NCBI GenBank assembly: GCA_964252035.1
Contig: OZ176216.1
From: Podarcis erhardii
Taxonomy: Eukaryota
Direction: 5' to 3' (one strand)
Length of the DNA stretch: 64,000 nt
A program made the translations under genes and the position numbers. Within the stretch, counting starts at the first letter, position 1, and each line of letters starts with the position of its first letter. Shown here piece by piece: positions 49,771 to 61,702 of the stretch. The notes beneath the pieces are model-generated. The model did not search any database. It was given only the letters and a program-made list of their open reading frames with translations, and was not told the origin of the DNA.

Positions 49771-50075
49771 TATTTATTATTATTTATTTATTGAATTTAT
49801 ATACACCCCATACCTGGAGGTCTCAGGGTAGTTCACATAAAAAGATCACAGTATATATATAAAAATAAAAGCAATAACCCAATAATACCCCCCAAAAAAG
49901 AGTCACATTTTAAAAGGATATGGGATGTTGATCAGGTCAACCAAAGGCCTGGTTAAAAAGGAACGTTCTTGCCTGGCGCCTAAAGGTGTATAATGAAGGT
50001 GCCAGGCAAACTTCCCTGGGGAGAGCATTCCGCAGACGGGGAGCCACTGCAGAGAAGGCCCCGTTCTTGTGTGCT
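49771..50075 (-). mobile_element. L2 3' fragment; others near 7590-7915(-), 20470-20620(-), 29604-29700(-), 53130-53400(+), 55000-55370(-) and 55480-56110(-)
   Basis: Minus frame AFSAVAPRLRNALPREVCLAPSLYTFRRQARTFLFNQAFG, homologous to the end of the 27290-27472 L2 peptide, with an AT-rich tail. Confidence 0.85.
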
Positions 50076-52090
50076 TTCACCATAGAGAGGCAGGGATGGA
50101 ACGACACTTCTGTAACCTCCAAAGGGTATAATGGACAATGGCTGCTTTCAGTTTAATGCATCCTTTTCATTGTTTTTAAATGGAGGAGTAAGATCAGTTT
50201 CACTTCACCCACTCTGCCCATCCTGTTGCACCTGTTCTGCCTCTGAACATGTTGAGTATCCACGCTCCTAGCTGTGTCCTCCCCAGTGCAACCGACAGAA
50301 GTGGCCTTCAAGGTTTTCTCCTGTTATTCCAGGAGTGGGGGAAACATGTTTCAACCTGAGGGCCACATTCCCTTCTGGGCAACCTGTGAGGGCCACATGC
50401 CAGAGGTGGGCAGGGCCAGAGGCAGAAGTGGGTGGAGCAAAAATTTACCTTAGTGCACTAGGCTAAAACTCACACATCACTCGCTATCATCCATCCAGGG
50501 AAACAAGAGGCATTATCAGAGTTCAAACACACATTCCACCCAGGAAATTGGGCTGGGGAGAAGTTCCCTGTGTGAAACTCTGGGGAAACTGCTGCCAGTC
50601 AGTGTAGACAATACTGAGCTGGACTGACAGATGATATGACACTGTACGTTCCTAAGACACTTGTGGAAACGTGGAACCCTGGTTCAAGAACCCTTTTGCT
50701 GTTGATTTTTCTTATTTTATTTGAGACATTTATATAGTGGTGTACATAAACCACACAGAGAATAAAGCAATTTAAAAATTCATCGCAAACCCAAACCCGA
50801 ATGCTACCTTAAAATGCCTGTTGCACTAAGAAAGTCTTTGTCGTTCTCCTGAAGCGACGATGGTGCCTTTCTTGTCTGGGTTGGGAGTTTGCTCTGTGAG
50901 TTTGGGCCCATGGCACTGAATTCATGTTGTCTGGGTGGCTGTGGTGAGTCTTCAAGGACAGAAAGTTATGCTGGGGTGGAGCTCGGATGAAGCCTCTCGA
51001 GTTGCCGGTTTCCTGGTGATGTTGTGACTTTGCAAGCCCCCCTCCCCTCATCTCTCGCCCCATCCTTAATGCCTTTGGCAAGACGGCAACTGTGTCTTGG
51101 CCACTTTTCCAGTGATGGAGCACCTGCATAATAGTCATTGCCTCAGTCTCCCCAACCCCGGTCTGATCCTGCAGCCTTCAGACCATCTCTTCTTCCCCTG
51201 TGGTATCTCCTTTCTTGTAATTGACATGGGAATAAAACTTTAAACAGCGGTGTCTAAATGTACTCAGTGTTGCATTACTCAATCGGTCTGTGATTACCGA
51301 GTGTATGTTTTCACTGATCTTTAACGGAAAAGGTGATTGTGAAATAGGCAGGGCAGGCTGGCCCCAGACACACACCTGCCTGACTCGTAGCTGAGAGAGG
51401 GCCTCAAATATCTGAGCCAGCATTTTCCCCAAACTTCTGATCATTGACACAGATGCTATTGTTCTGAATGAAAACAGGAGGTGCTTGCACCTGAAAAATC
51501 CTACTGGGGGGAGGAATGGGCTGAACATCTATGGAGTGTTTCACCGAGGCTGAGGTCATCGGCTGATAGCATCACTTTCCATGTAAACCCAATTGTGCCT
51601 AATGTCATCTGCAGCCTCAGAAACCATTCTGATACCGTACACCAACAAAATGAGGGCCTAGTTTTCATCTTGAAACAACTTGGATTACATTTTAAGAGGC
51701 TGGGAGGCAAGGTCCTAGCACCACACTTTGCAGGCCCACTGTTCAGGGACCCCACAAAAGAATACCAGGGATACCTATTGAAGAAGGAATCTCCTACATA
51801 TATCCAGGAGCAAATAAGCACTGCCACAATCCAGGAGCCTCACCCAGTGGTCTTCAGGGTTTGGGTGGGCAGACTTCTGGTTCTTGGGGTCCTTTAATTT
51901 TTACTAGAATGTTGATATCCACTAACCTGCACCAAGTGTAAAATAGTGTTTAGAATTAAGGAACCCATATGCTGTTCAGGAATTTATTTCCAGTTCCAGA
52001 ATTAAATTCACAGACCTATACTACACAAAAATCCACTCCTGGTTTTTCCGCTTAGCTTTCTTCATCTCAGACACCTAATTTTTTAGGAGA

Positions 52091-52342
52091 GAGGAAGCCA
52101 GTGTGGTGTAGTGGTTAAGAGCGATAGACTCGTAATCTGGGGAACCGGGTTCGTGTCTCCGCTCCTCCACATGCAGCTGCTGGATGACCTTGGGCCAGTC
52201 ATGCTTCTTTGAAGTCTCTCAGCCCCACTCACCTCACAGAGTGTTTGTTGTGGGGGAGGAAGGGAAAGGAGAATGTTAGCCGCTTTGAGACTCCTTCGGG
52301 TAGTGATAAAGCGGGATATCAAATCCAAACTCCTCTTCTTCT
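52091..52342 (+). mobile_element. Squam3-like CORE (Ther-1/MIR-derived) SINE, near intact
   Basis: tRNA-like head with A box (tggtgtagtgg) and B-box-like ggttcgtgtc, CORE-like gaccttgggccagtca...ctcagcccc, L2-like tail agccgctttgag...gcgggatat, and a (CTT)-type end. Confidence 0.8.
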
Positions 52343-52513
52343 AACAATAAACAGTAGGAAGTCAGAAAGCCTTGTTGGTCTACTGCAAATTGCCCAGAGA
52401 TCTCCCAGTAGATCATGATCTACGTTTTGCTTATCTAGGTATTTTCCTAAATCTACAAACCAGGAAGTTACTTTAGGAATTAGTACTATATGAGCTCATG
52501 CTTTATGCTGTCA

Positions 52514-52851
52514 GTACCCCAGTGGCGCTGTGGGTTAAACCACAGAGCCTAGGACTTGCCGATCAGAAGGTCAGCGGTTTGAATCCCCGCGACGGGGTGA
52601 GCTCCCGTTGCTCAGTCCCTGCTCCTGCCAACCTAGCAGTTCGAAAGCACGTCAAAGTGCAAAGTAAAGGAAGGTTAACGGCGTTTCCGTGTGCTGCAAT
52701 GGTTCACCAGAAGCAGCTTAGTCATGCTGGCCACATGACCCAGAAGCTGTACACCGGCTCCCTCAGCCAATAAAGCGAGATGAGCGCTGCAACCGCAGAG
52801 TCGTCCGCGACTGGACCACATGGTCAGGGTCCCTTTACCTTTACCTTTACC
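52514..52851 (+). mobile_element. Sauria SINE (lacertid type)
   Basis: gtggcgctgtgggttaaacc...gtttgaatccccgcgacggggtgagctcccg...gtcatgctggccacatgacc..., BovB-like gagtcgtccgcgact, and an (ACCTTT)n tail. Confidence 0.88.
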
Positions 52852-52899
52852 CCAGCACAACATATAACCAACTCCCAGAAAACTGTAGCCCATTCACAC

Positions 52900-52992
52900 T
52901 GTCCCACACTGTATCTGAAGAAGTGTGCATGCACACGAAAGCTCATACCAAGAACTGACTTAGTTGGTCTTTAAGGTGCTACTGGAAGGAAT
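52900..52992 (+). mobile_element. Penelope-like element terminal (pLTR) remnant
   Basis: tatctgaagaagtgtgcatgcacacgaaagctcatacc...ttagttggtctttaaggtgctactgga resembles recalled reptile Penelope terminal repeats. Confidence 0.7.
52911..52948 (+). ncRNA. Minimal type I hammerhead ribozyme motif
   Basis: Stem I GTAT(52911-14)/ATAC(52945-48). Core CTGAAGA (52915-21) plus one extra A. Stem II GTGTGC-AT-GCACAC. GAAA (52937-40). Palindromic AGCT stem III. CUC cleavage triplet (52942-44). Confidence 0.75.
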
Positions 52993-54655
52993 TTGTTTTG
53001 TTTCCACAAAATAATGTTTTTGAAATCATGAGTGTAGGTAGCCCATGCATTGATCTCTACAAAGGCCCTGAACAGCTTGGTTCCTGGATATCCTTAAATC
53101 CCAGCTTGATCCCTAAAATCACCCTGAGGAGCACTTACTTTGCTCCCATGTTACAGAGGCCTGACTTGGACTCAACTAGAAGTCGGGCATTTAGTGTCAC
53201 CAATCCCATGCTGGAAACACTCTTGCAGCAGAGATTTGGCAAGTATTCTTGCTTTTGACTTTCAGGCGTCTCTTGAAGGCCTCTTTGTGACCTTCATGGG
53301 CTGGATTTCTTTTACTTTTTCCAATGGTGTTTTATGTTTTAACAGTGTACAGTGCCCTGACATTTTATGATATGGTGGTATTGAAATACTGTTATAAATA
53401 ATAAATAAACGACGACAAGCCTTTGCAAACAATATTCTTGATGGTAATACAATGCATCTGGCCCTGGGGGAGATTTGAGACCCAGCCAGGAATCTAGGCA
53501 GGTGGTGTGGTTCTGGGGCAGGAATGTCCTGATCTTTGGCTCCTTAGGATCATTAGTAAGTGTGGAGATCTGGTGAAGGTTCTTGCTCTCCTTGGTGCTC
53601 ATAAGAAGAGCTTGCTGGATCAGGCCAATGGTCCCTCTAGTCTAGATTTGCTCCATACATTTTCCCATCAGCAAAACCTCAGTATAGGGTGTCTTTTAGG
53701 GATATTGAAGGCATGGGAGTAAGTTTACTTAATACAGTTTGTTAAATTATCCCATGCCTTGAATTCAGCAAATACTCAGAAGGAAAAATCATCCTGACTA
53801 CTTGCTTCCCCCCCCAATAAAATAGCAAGGCTTGCTATGAAAAGAGCAAGTTTCATCTCAGTCTATTTGTTTACTATCTAAGCTTGTAAACTCTTTCAGG
53901 CTAGAGAGCTTTTTATTTTTTGCTCATGTTCTCCGTAAGCATGTATAATGATGGGGATACATTTGGCCTTATCTTGGTGGCAGAGCACATGCTTTGCATG
54001 CAGAAGGTCTCAGATTGAAACCTCAGTGTCTCTAGGTAGGACTAGGAAAGACCCTGCCTGAAACCCTGGAGAGCTGCTGCCAGTCAGTGTGGACAGTACT
54101 GAGCTAAATGATCCAGTGGTTTGAGTTGGTATAAGGTGACTCTCTGTGTTCCTACACAAAGTGTGGCACCTATATAAATAACACTTTATATCTTTACTAA
54201 AAATGGTGCATACATTTTAGAAGCTATGCCCCAAACAACAATGCCCCAGCAACAATGTTCAAGGGTTGGGCCATGTGCTCTGGTTCTGTTCCGCTGAATA
54301 AAAATCCAAGGGGTGTGTTTACGGACATCAGTTTTGCCACCCCAGATCCTGAGCTGTGCCTGGGCTTGTAGAGCTATCGCTGGGTAAACTGACCCTTTGA
54401 TCGCTGTGTTATCGGAAGCTGATGTCCCCAGAGTGATTAACAAATCAGAGAAGGGGATGAAATTTCATGCCCGGTGTTTTTTGTGCTACTGCTCCTCGGG
54501 TTTGTTTCTGAAAATGGGACCCTCTCTTTCCATCTCAGCGTGGGCGAGTTTGTGCCACCTCTAGATGCAAAAATACTTGGCGAAATCGGAGATAGGCTGA
54601 ATTTTTAAGATGTGGCGTGGAGGGAACAAGCAGAGAGAGGCAGAGTGGTGCCTGC

Positions 54656-54870
54656 TAGGGATGAACAAATCTGTCAATTTGGATTTCTTTCAGTTTCTCA
54701 TGTTCCTAGTCTGACACATTTCTGTGTCAGTTTTCCATTAAAGAAAAAAAAAAGTCCTTATGAGAATTGATCAGCATTTTAGGGTGCATTTCTTCCAATG
54801 TACATATGTTTGTATGCAATTTTGCCTAATATATTGCATTTCTATATATTGTTTACACAAATATGCACAT
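54656..54870 (-). repeat. Unclassified repeat, inverted partial copy
   Basis: Reverse complement of the 3' half of copies 1 and 2. Confidence 0.55.
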
Positions 54871-57376
54871 TTTAATACACACACTTCTGTTACTATTATT
54901 AGTATAACTTAATATATTTAGTTCCTGCCTTTTTCCTACATTGGGGTGCAAGGCAGCCTACAGCATTTAAAAAACATCAACTTTGGACCTCAGGGTAATG
55001 AAAACCAACTAGTTAAATCCAAGAATACAAATACATCACATTTAAGTCCAGCAGTTCAAATGCAGCTTGCCCTGACAGCAGCTCAGGGATCAGAATGTTT
55101 CACACCTTAGTTTTCAAAGGCCTGTCTGTTGGTGGAAGGATAACAAAGAGGGAGCCAGTCTAACCTCTCTTGGGAGGGGGGACTTCCACAATATGGGAGC
55201 AGCCACAGAGAAGGCTCTACCTCTTGTCTCCACCCATCATGCTTCTGATGTTGATGAGGCTGAGAGAAGGTGCTCACCTGAGGCTCTTAGCACCAAGGCA
55301 AGTTTGTATAGGGGGATATGATCTTTCAGGTTGCCTGGGCTGGAACCATATAATATGCGTTTAATTAATTTTTTGCTGGGAGAACTTCCAAGTTCCAAGA
55401 AGTGTAAATTTCAAAGGATAGCTGCATTTCTGCTCACATATTGTTGTGAAAGTGCAAATCAGGTAGGCTCACGCTAAAACGTACCCCTAATTAAATGCAA
55501 TGGTACATTGTGGAAATGAGTTGTGCACCTGAGCCACAGAGGGGGCCACAGACAGAGACTCCCTTAAGGATCTCCATGATCAGGCAGGGATATAAGGAAT
55601 CAACTGTTCTGAAGGTGTCCGGGACCCAAGTTGTTAATTGCATGTAAGTTAATACAAGAACCTTGAAGTTAGCATATGGTCAGTCAGTGGAAGCTATTAA
55701 GCAATGGAGTGATGGCAGTAGTCGGCCCCCACCAACAGTCTAGCTACAGCATTTTGTGCCAGCTGAAGCTTCCAGACCAAGTCCAAGGGTAGCTCCATAG
55801 AGAGCGCATTGCAATAATAAAGTCTTGAGGTTACCAGTTCATGAATCACTGGGACCAGGCTTTCCTTGTCCAGGAACAGCTGTAACTTGGCCTATCAGCC
55901 ATAGCTGGTAAAAAGCACTCCAAGTCAACTGAAGTTACCAAACTATGTTATTCCTGTTTGGCTGGTATCCTGCAATCATTCCGGGACGTGTTGCCTTTCT
56001 GTTTTGATTGGTGTCAACATGTGGGCAGATCTGATTGGGTGCATACCATTGTGACATCATTGGGATCTCTGGAATCTCTGCATGGCTGGGATCACTGTAG
56101 GAAGATTGGGGGGATGGACCACAGTAGGAGGTTGCTGAGGGGAAGAACCCCTGAGAAAGGGGAAGCAATGAAAAGAAACAGCATCAGAAAATAGTGGCCC
56201 TTTGCACAATTTTGGGAACTAATTTCCAACCTGCAAAAGTATTATTTTATACCTGAAAATCAAGATGGGTGAATGTTCAGCAGAGCCTGAAGGTTACTGT
56301 AGTGTTCTAACTGGAGCAGAAAGCTGCGAGGGAGCCAGCTTTCAGCATCCCAAGGTCTGAGTGAGTGTTACTTGGCTGAAGACATGGGAAGGATTCCATG
56401 CTGAAATAAGCACAGGATCCGTCATAAACCCAGTGACCGAGGAGTGTTCGGACTAGTGGGACACTTCGTACTTGAACAGAGTAACGGAGGCTGTTAAACA
56501 AATACCGAGAAGAGTTCGAGAGCAGTGAAAACCAGGCAGTAATCTGATCCTTCCAAGAGCTTTACAGCCAACAGCACCACCTTCCACAGTTCTTTACAAA
56601 CACCTTTTTGGGTTGAAAAAATATTGGTTTGGCTCTGGAAAAGTTCCTTTTGCTTCAACTGCTACCAGATGCGGAACAGTGGCTGAGCTTCAAGGAACGC
56701 TTCCAAAAGAAATACCAGATTGGTCTCACCAGGGATGGTGTTTTGAATCTGAAGAGTTCCTTGTTGTACATGCAAACAAGAGTTCCTCTACACCACCCAA
56801 CAAATCTAGAGCATCCGGAATGCAGCTCCTGAGTTCGAATTCTGTTTATCTGCTGAGCTACTGGAGTTCTCATCTGAGATAAAAGTTTGAAGGTTCAGAC
56901 TAATAGGGGAAGGAAGAGCACTGTGTGTCAACGCTTGCTTCTTTGTTATTAACTATTACTTTGCCATTCCTCCAAAGCGCTCAGGGTCACATACATCCTC
57001 CGTCACCATGTTTTATCTTCATGACAGCCCTGTTAGGTTGGTTCTGCCAAGAGAGATATGCACGTGAGGCTGCCCTGTACTGAAGCGGAGCACTGGTTTG
57101 TCTAGCCCAGTACATTACAGCAAAGAGCAGCTCTATAAACACTTGGGAAATTGAGTCCTGCTAAGATTATTATTGGCCATTGTACCACCCTGCCCCCATT
57201 GGCTCTTATCACCTTGTATTTGTACTGTGACGCTCCTGGAGAGTTCATTTAAGCCATATTTCCCATCCTGGTGCCATCCAGAAGTTTTGTACTACAGATC
57301 CTAGCAGCCACCACGTGCAAACTTCATGCAAACCAGGATGAATGCGTCTTACACAGGCAGTCTGGAAGTGACCCAA

Positions 57377-57570
57377 GAAACATAGGAAACTGCCTTACAC
57401 TGAGTCAGACCATTGGCCTACGTAGTTCAGTATTGTCTGCACTGACTGGCAGCATCTCTCTAGGGTTTTAGGCAGGGGTCTCTCTCCCAGCCCTACCTAG
57501 AGATGCCGGGGATTGAACCTGGGACCTTCTGCATGCAAAGCAGTTGCTCTGCCGCTGAGCTATGGTCCTT
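57377..57570 (-). mobile_element. tRNA-Ala(TGC)-derived SINE (possibly Squam2-like), best-preserved copy
   Basis: The minus strand reads catagctcagcggcagagcaactgctttgcatgcagaaggtcccaggttcaatccccggcatct (A box, TGC anticodon arm, B box), then a body and a CR1-like ...cctatgtttc tail. Confidence 0.8.
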
Positions 57571-57731
57571 CCCTTAAAGGAAATAAGGTTTCTATGATGA
57601 TCATTCCAAAGCCTCCGAAGGGGGGTTAAAACTGACCGCTCTTTAGCAATGTCATCAGCAGCTTGTTTGGCTGTGGCAATGAATCTGAAAAGGACAGGGT
57701 TGTGTCTGAGTTTGGGTGTAAAGCTGGGGCA

Positions 57732-57775
<44 letters not shown>

Positions 57776-60700
57776 ATTGTCCCTCCTATGAAGTACTTCC
57801 GTGAGCAAACCTCTTTGCCTTTCAGGAAAACATCTTCCAAGCCATGTGGTTTTGTTTTTTAATCCCCCTTTTAATGCGAAGGCTTTAGATATACGCGTAC
57901 TTACAGGCAAGTGAATCCTCGCTGCTTTTGTCCAGAATATTCTGAAGTGCATTTCTGGAATACTTTTGTCAAGATTTGATGGCTGGCCTGTTCCATCGTT
58001 GAGTACCCACTGCATTGTGAGAGCCAAACTCTCCTGAGGTTGATTTAAACCCTGTGCTTTTTAATAACATAATGAAAGCTAATCCCCGCCATCCTGTGTG
58101 TTTCCATTTGTTGCATTGAACCCCATTCACCTACGATGGGTTTATCTGCAAATATTTTCATTCAGTTGTTGCTTCTTAGGACTTTTCTTTTGGTTACATC
58201 ACTTGAGGCCAGGCTACTTGAAGTGATTTTGTCCTGGAGAAAAAAGAGGAGGAATGTGATTTCCACCTTGCTGTTGTGCAAAGCAGACATTGGAGGGGAA
58301 AGGGGGGTGGGGAGAGAACTAAATCCTCTCCTAGCTTTTGCTTCAGGATCCGCATAAGAGGTCATTATAGAAGCGAGGGACTCTTGGCTTTGATGGAGAA
58401 GCTAAGCTAGTTTCACAATTCAAGGAGCCCCCTCTGCCTCATCTGAGTTGGGCCGCTAGTGGTTCTCACCCATTAATGTTGACCCTGATTGGCAGGGTCT
58501 TGAGTTCTCAGCTGGATTCTTTGATTCACTGATTCCCAAGCTATGTGCTGTGACAGAGCTTCTGGTAAGAAGCTAATAACAGGTGGTGGCAGCGATAAAC
58601 AGTCTTCCCCTCTATCAGCAAGATCAGATGGTGACTGATGACAGACATGGGGCCCAAACAGGGCCGCTGAAAAACAAGAGGGAGAGAGGAAAGTTCATTT
58701 CTAAAAGGAATTAGTTCCAGTTCCAATTCACCCTCTCCAAAAAGGAACGAATGCCATTTCAGTTCAATTCACAATTCATTCAAACGGTCCATTCATGCTC
58801 TCTGCCCAAGTCTTCAGAATTTTACAAGATGCTCTGCTGAAGTATAAAATATACTTAAGAAAACTAAGAAAACATCAAAATACACAGAATGTAACTTCTT
58901 TTTATCCCCCCCCCCAATAATTGTGAATTGTGGGGTTTCTTACAGCTCATAGGAGCCTAGAAGAAAGCACAAAAATCATGCAAAGAAGCACTTTTGATAA
59001 GATGGGAGGATAGACAACATTCTGCTACTGTAATTATGATAATTCCTATTGGTAGAAGTAGCCAATCCATTGACAGGGAGCTGCTTAGGGGGAGGCAAAG
59101 TGAACCCAGGGCTCATCCACACAGGTCCATGCTATAAAGCTCCATGTCCGAGCACTTTCTCTTTTTTTGCCCTGGCAAAAACCCTCGCGAAAACCCTCTC
59201 TTTGAATCAGAGCAAACGGCAACCATGAAAAACCCGAAAGCACAGGCCAAATGGTAAGTATGGATGAACCCCCAGTTGTGTAGAGGCACGGCAGCCATTC
59301 TCCTGTATGAGTGGTTTCTTTCTTTCTTTTTTAGGGGCCTTTAATAAGTCACACCGTAATCCTAAGCCACTTTTTCAGTATTTCTTACTTCTTAGGTAAG
59401 GTTGTTAAGGGTTGTAGCCCCAATTTATACTCTTCCCCAAGAGCCAGATGGCTTAACCAGGCCCCAGTCCTTGCAAAGCCTGGGCTCTCATTGCCAAGCA
59501 GTGAGTCCACAATATGTTTCTCATTTAGCTGCCATACATTTAAAGTATGTCTTGTGAGTTTTAGGAGAAATGTCTGCATTTTCTTTTTTTAATAGAAAAG
59601 TTTCATAATGTCTTTGGTGGTGTGGCATGGCTTCAGAGCCCATAGAATTGACTCACTTCTTTAGCTTGGCCAAATAATTTTGGGCTCACCAATCATAAAG
59701 AGGGGTGTCCCTGTTTGCCTGTCTCAGGGGCTGGAGGCTGTTTCCCCCTAAATAACCCTCTGCTGAAAAACCAGAAACTGCTGGCAATGTTGCTAAGGTT
59801 GTCCTCATTGTCTGCCACCAGGTTGGGTTTTCTCTATGAGAAACGGGGCAATTTAGCGGCAGGAATCTTAGGACATATCTATATGACCACATCCTCCAAC
59901 ATGGCACAGTTATTTCACAGAACTCAATTTGAGACACTTTTCCTCTGGAAAGATCTCTACTGTTTGAAATCTGAGTAGCTTTCCCCACTACGCTGGGGCA
60001 TGTGTGTTAAGTTTGTCTAATGTGTGAGATTGTCAAATGTTAAGATTATTTTGTTTTCTTTCAAAAAAACAACAACCCCAAATTGTTGTTGTTATTCATT
60101 TTCTTAATTTCTGTCCTGGCAGTCTAGAAAGCCTCTTCCTTGCTGTTCCCTTTAGTTTCCTAATCCTAGGTGAAACTTTTTTTATCGAAGATGGCTGATT
60201 TACTAGTGAGCTTGTAAAGGAGTGAGCTTTGTGATCCATGCATAAGCAGTGGGGGAGGCAGAGGGGAAATATCTGGCCAGCTATCATGAGTCTGGGGAAA
60301 CATCTTGGTGGAATTGGAAGGAATGGGATAAGAATGTGGATTTGGAGGAATTGGATACTAGGAGTAAATTGGGATCCAGTGGAGGGGCCAAGCGGACTGT
60401 TGGAGATATAGCCTCCTTGGTGCCATCTGGCATTCTGAGCTCCACATCACAGCCGACTGACCCTGTTGACTCTGCCTCTGTTACCAAGGACACAGGGACA
60501 GAGCCGTCTTTCCTATTGGGCTTACTGGCACATTGTGCCAGGGCGCTGGCCTCTCAGGGGCGCCCCAGTGAATGGGGGAGCTGCACGGCTTTGCCAGCAG
60601 CCTCCCCTTTCCCTGCACACCCGCCAGCTGTGCCCTGTCAACCATATGGCTGGCAGGCGTGCCGTTTGCCTCCCAAGCCTCCGCGGGAGGAGAGCGATCC

Positions 60701-61444
60701 CTGCAGAGGCTTAGGATGGAAGCTGCACGGCGCCAGATATGCTTAAGATGGCCGTGCATAGGGATGACTGTGCCGGCGCAAACAGATTCAGCAAACCCAT
60801 CCTATTCTGAGGAGCTCCCATTTGCTTGCCCGGTCCCATGGCTTGGATCTCCAACTGTGCAAATGTCTGTGCCCACCCTTCTCTTCAAAAGATCCAGGGG
60901 GTGCATCTCAGGTCTTGTGACAAAGTCTCAGCTCACACCTGGCCATGAATTTAACTTGTTGTGCTTCCTCTTAACCTGAATGTTTGCCTCCTGACTGACA
61001 TATCACACTGACCTATGCATTCAAGCCTTTGACAGAAACTGAGTTGGGTGTCTGACTGCTGCATCCTTCTGCAGGGGGCCAGGGCACCAGCAACGATGCA
61101 GGGAGGTTGATCATTTCACACATAGAACTAACTAGCTCACTACTACTAACACTGAACCACAGCAGCTCTCCAGGTTTCAGGAAAGGGGTCTTTTTCCTGG
61201 TCCTACCTGGAGATACTGGGGGTTGAACTTGGAGCCTTTTGCATGCACAACACATGCTCTCTCACTGAGCTATTGGGCAGATCTGCACTCTGCACATTTG
61301 ATGGCACATTTGATGGACATTTAACTTCCCACAAAGAATTCTGGGATCCCGAGTTTCCTCCTCACGAGAGCTACAGTTCCCAGCACCCGTAACAAACTAC
61401 AGTTCCCAGAATTTTTTGTGGGAAAGTGTCACTTGCTTTAAATA

Positions 61445-61702
61445 CTGTATTTTTTGCTCTATAAGACTCACTTTTTCCCTCCTAAAAAGTAAGGGGAAAT
61501 GTGTGTACGTCTTATGGAGTGAATGCAGGCTGCACAGCTATCCCAGAAGCCAGAACAGCAAGAGGGATTGCTGCTTTCACTGCGCAGCGATCCCTCTTGC
61601 TGTTCTGGCTTCTGAGATTCAGAATATTTTTTTCTTGTTTTCCTCCTCCAAAAACTAGGTGCGTCTTGTGGTCTGGTGCGTCTTATAGAGCGAAAAATAC
61701 GG
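61445..61702. mobile_element. Tc1/mariner (Tc2/pogo-like) MITE with TA TSD
   Basis: TA|CTGTATTTTTTGCTCTATAAGAC ... GTCTTATAGAGCGAAAAATACGG|TA terminal inverted repeats, with an internal 31-bp hairpin. Confidence 0.85.

Noticed and set aside
51481-51897. 138-aa ORF as a processed pseudogene or viral relic
   Set aside because: No recognisable protein similarity, polyA tail or TSD.
56629-56832. Peptide LEKFLLLQLLPDAEQWL resembling a SCAN domain
   Set aside because: Similarity covers a few residues, there is an upstream in-frame stop, and other SCAN motifs are absent.
57500-57570. tRNA-Ala(TGC) gene
   Set aside because: Continues into a SINE body and tail and occurs as many decayed copies; a SINE head, not a tRNA gene.
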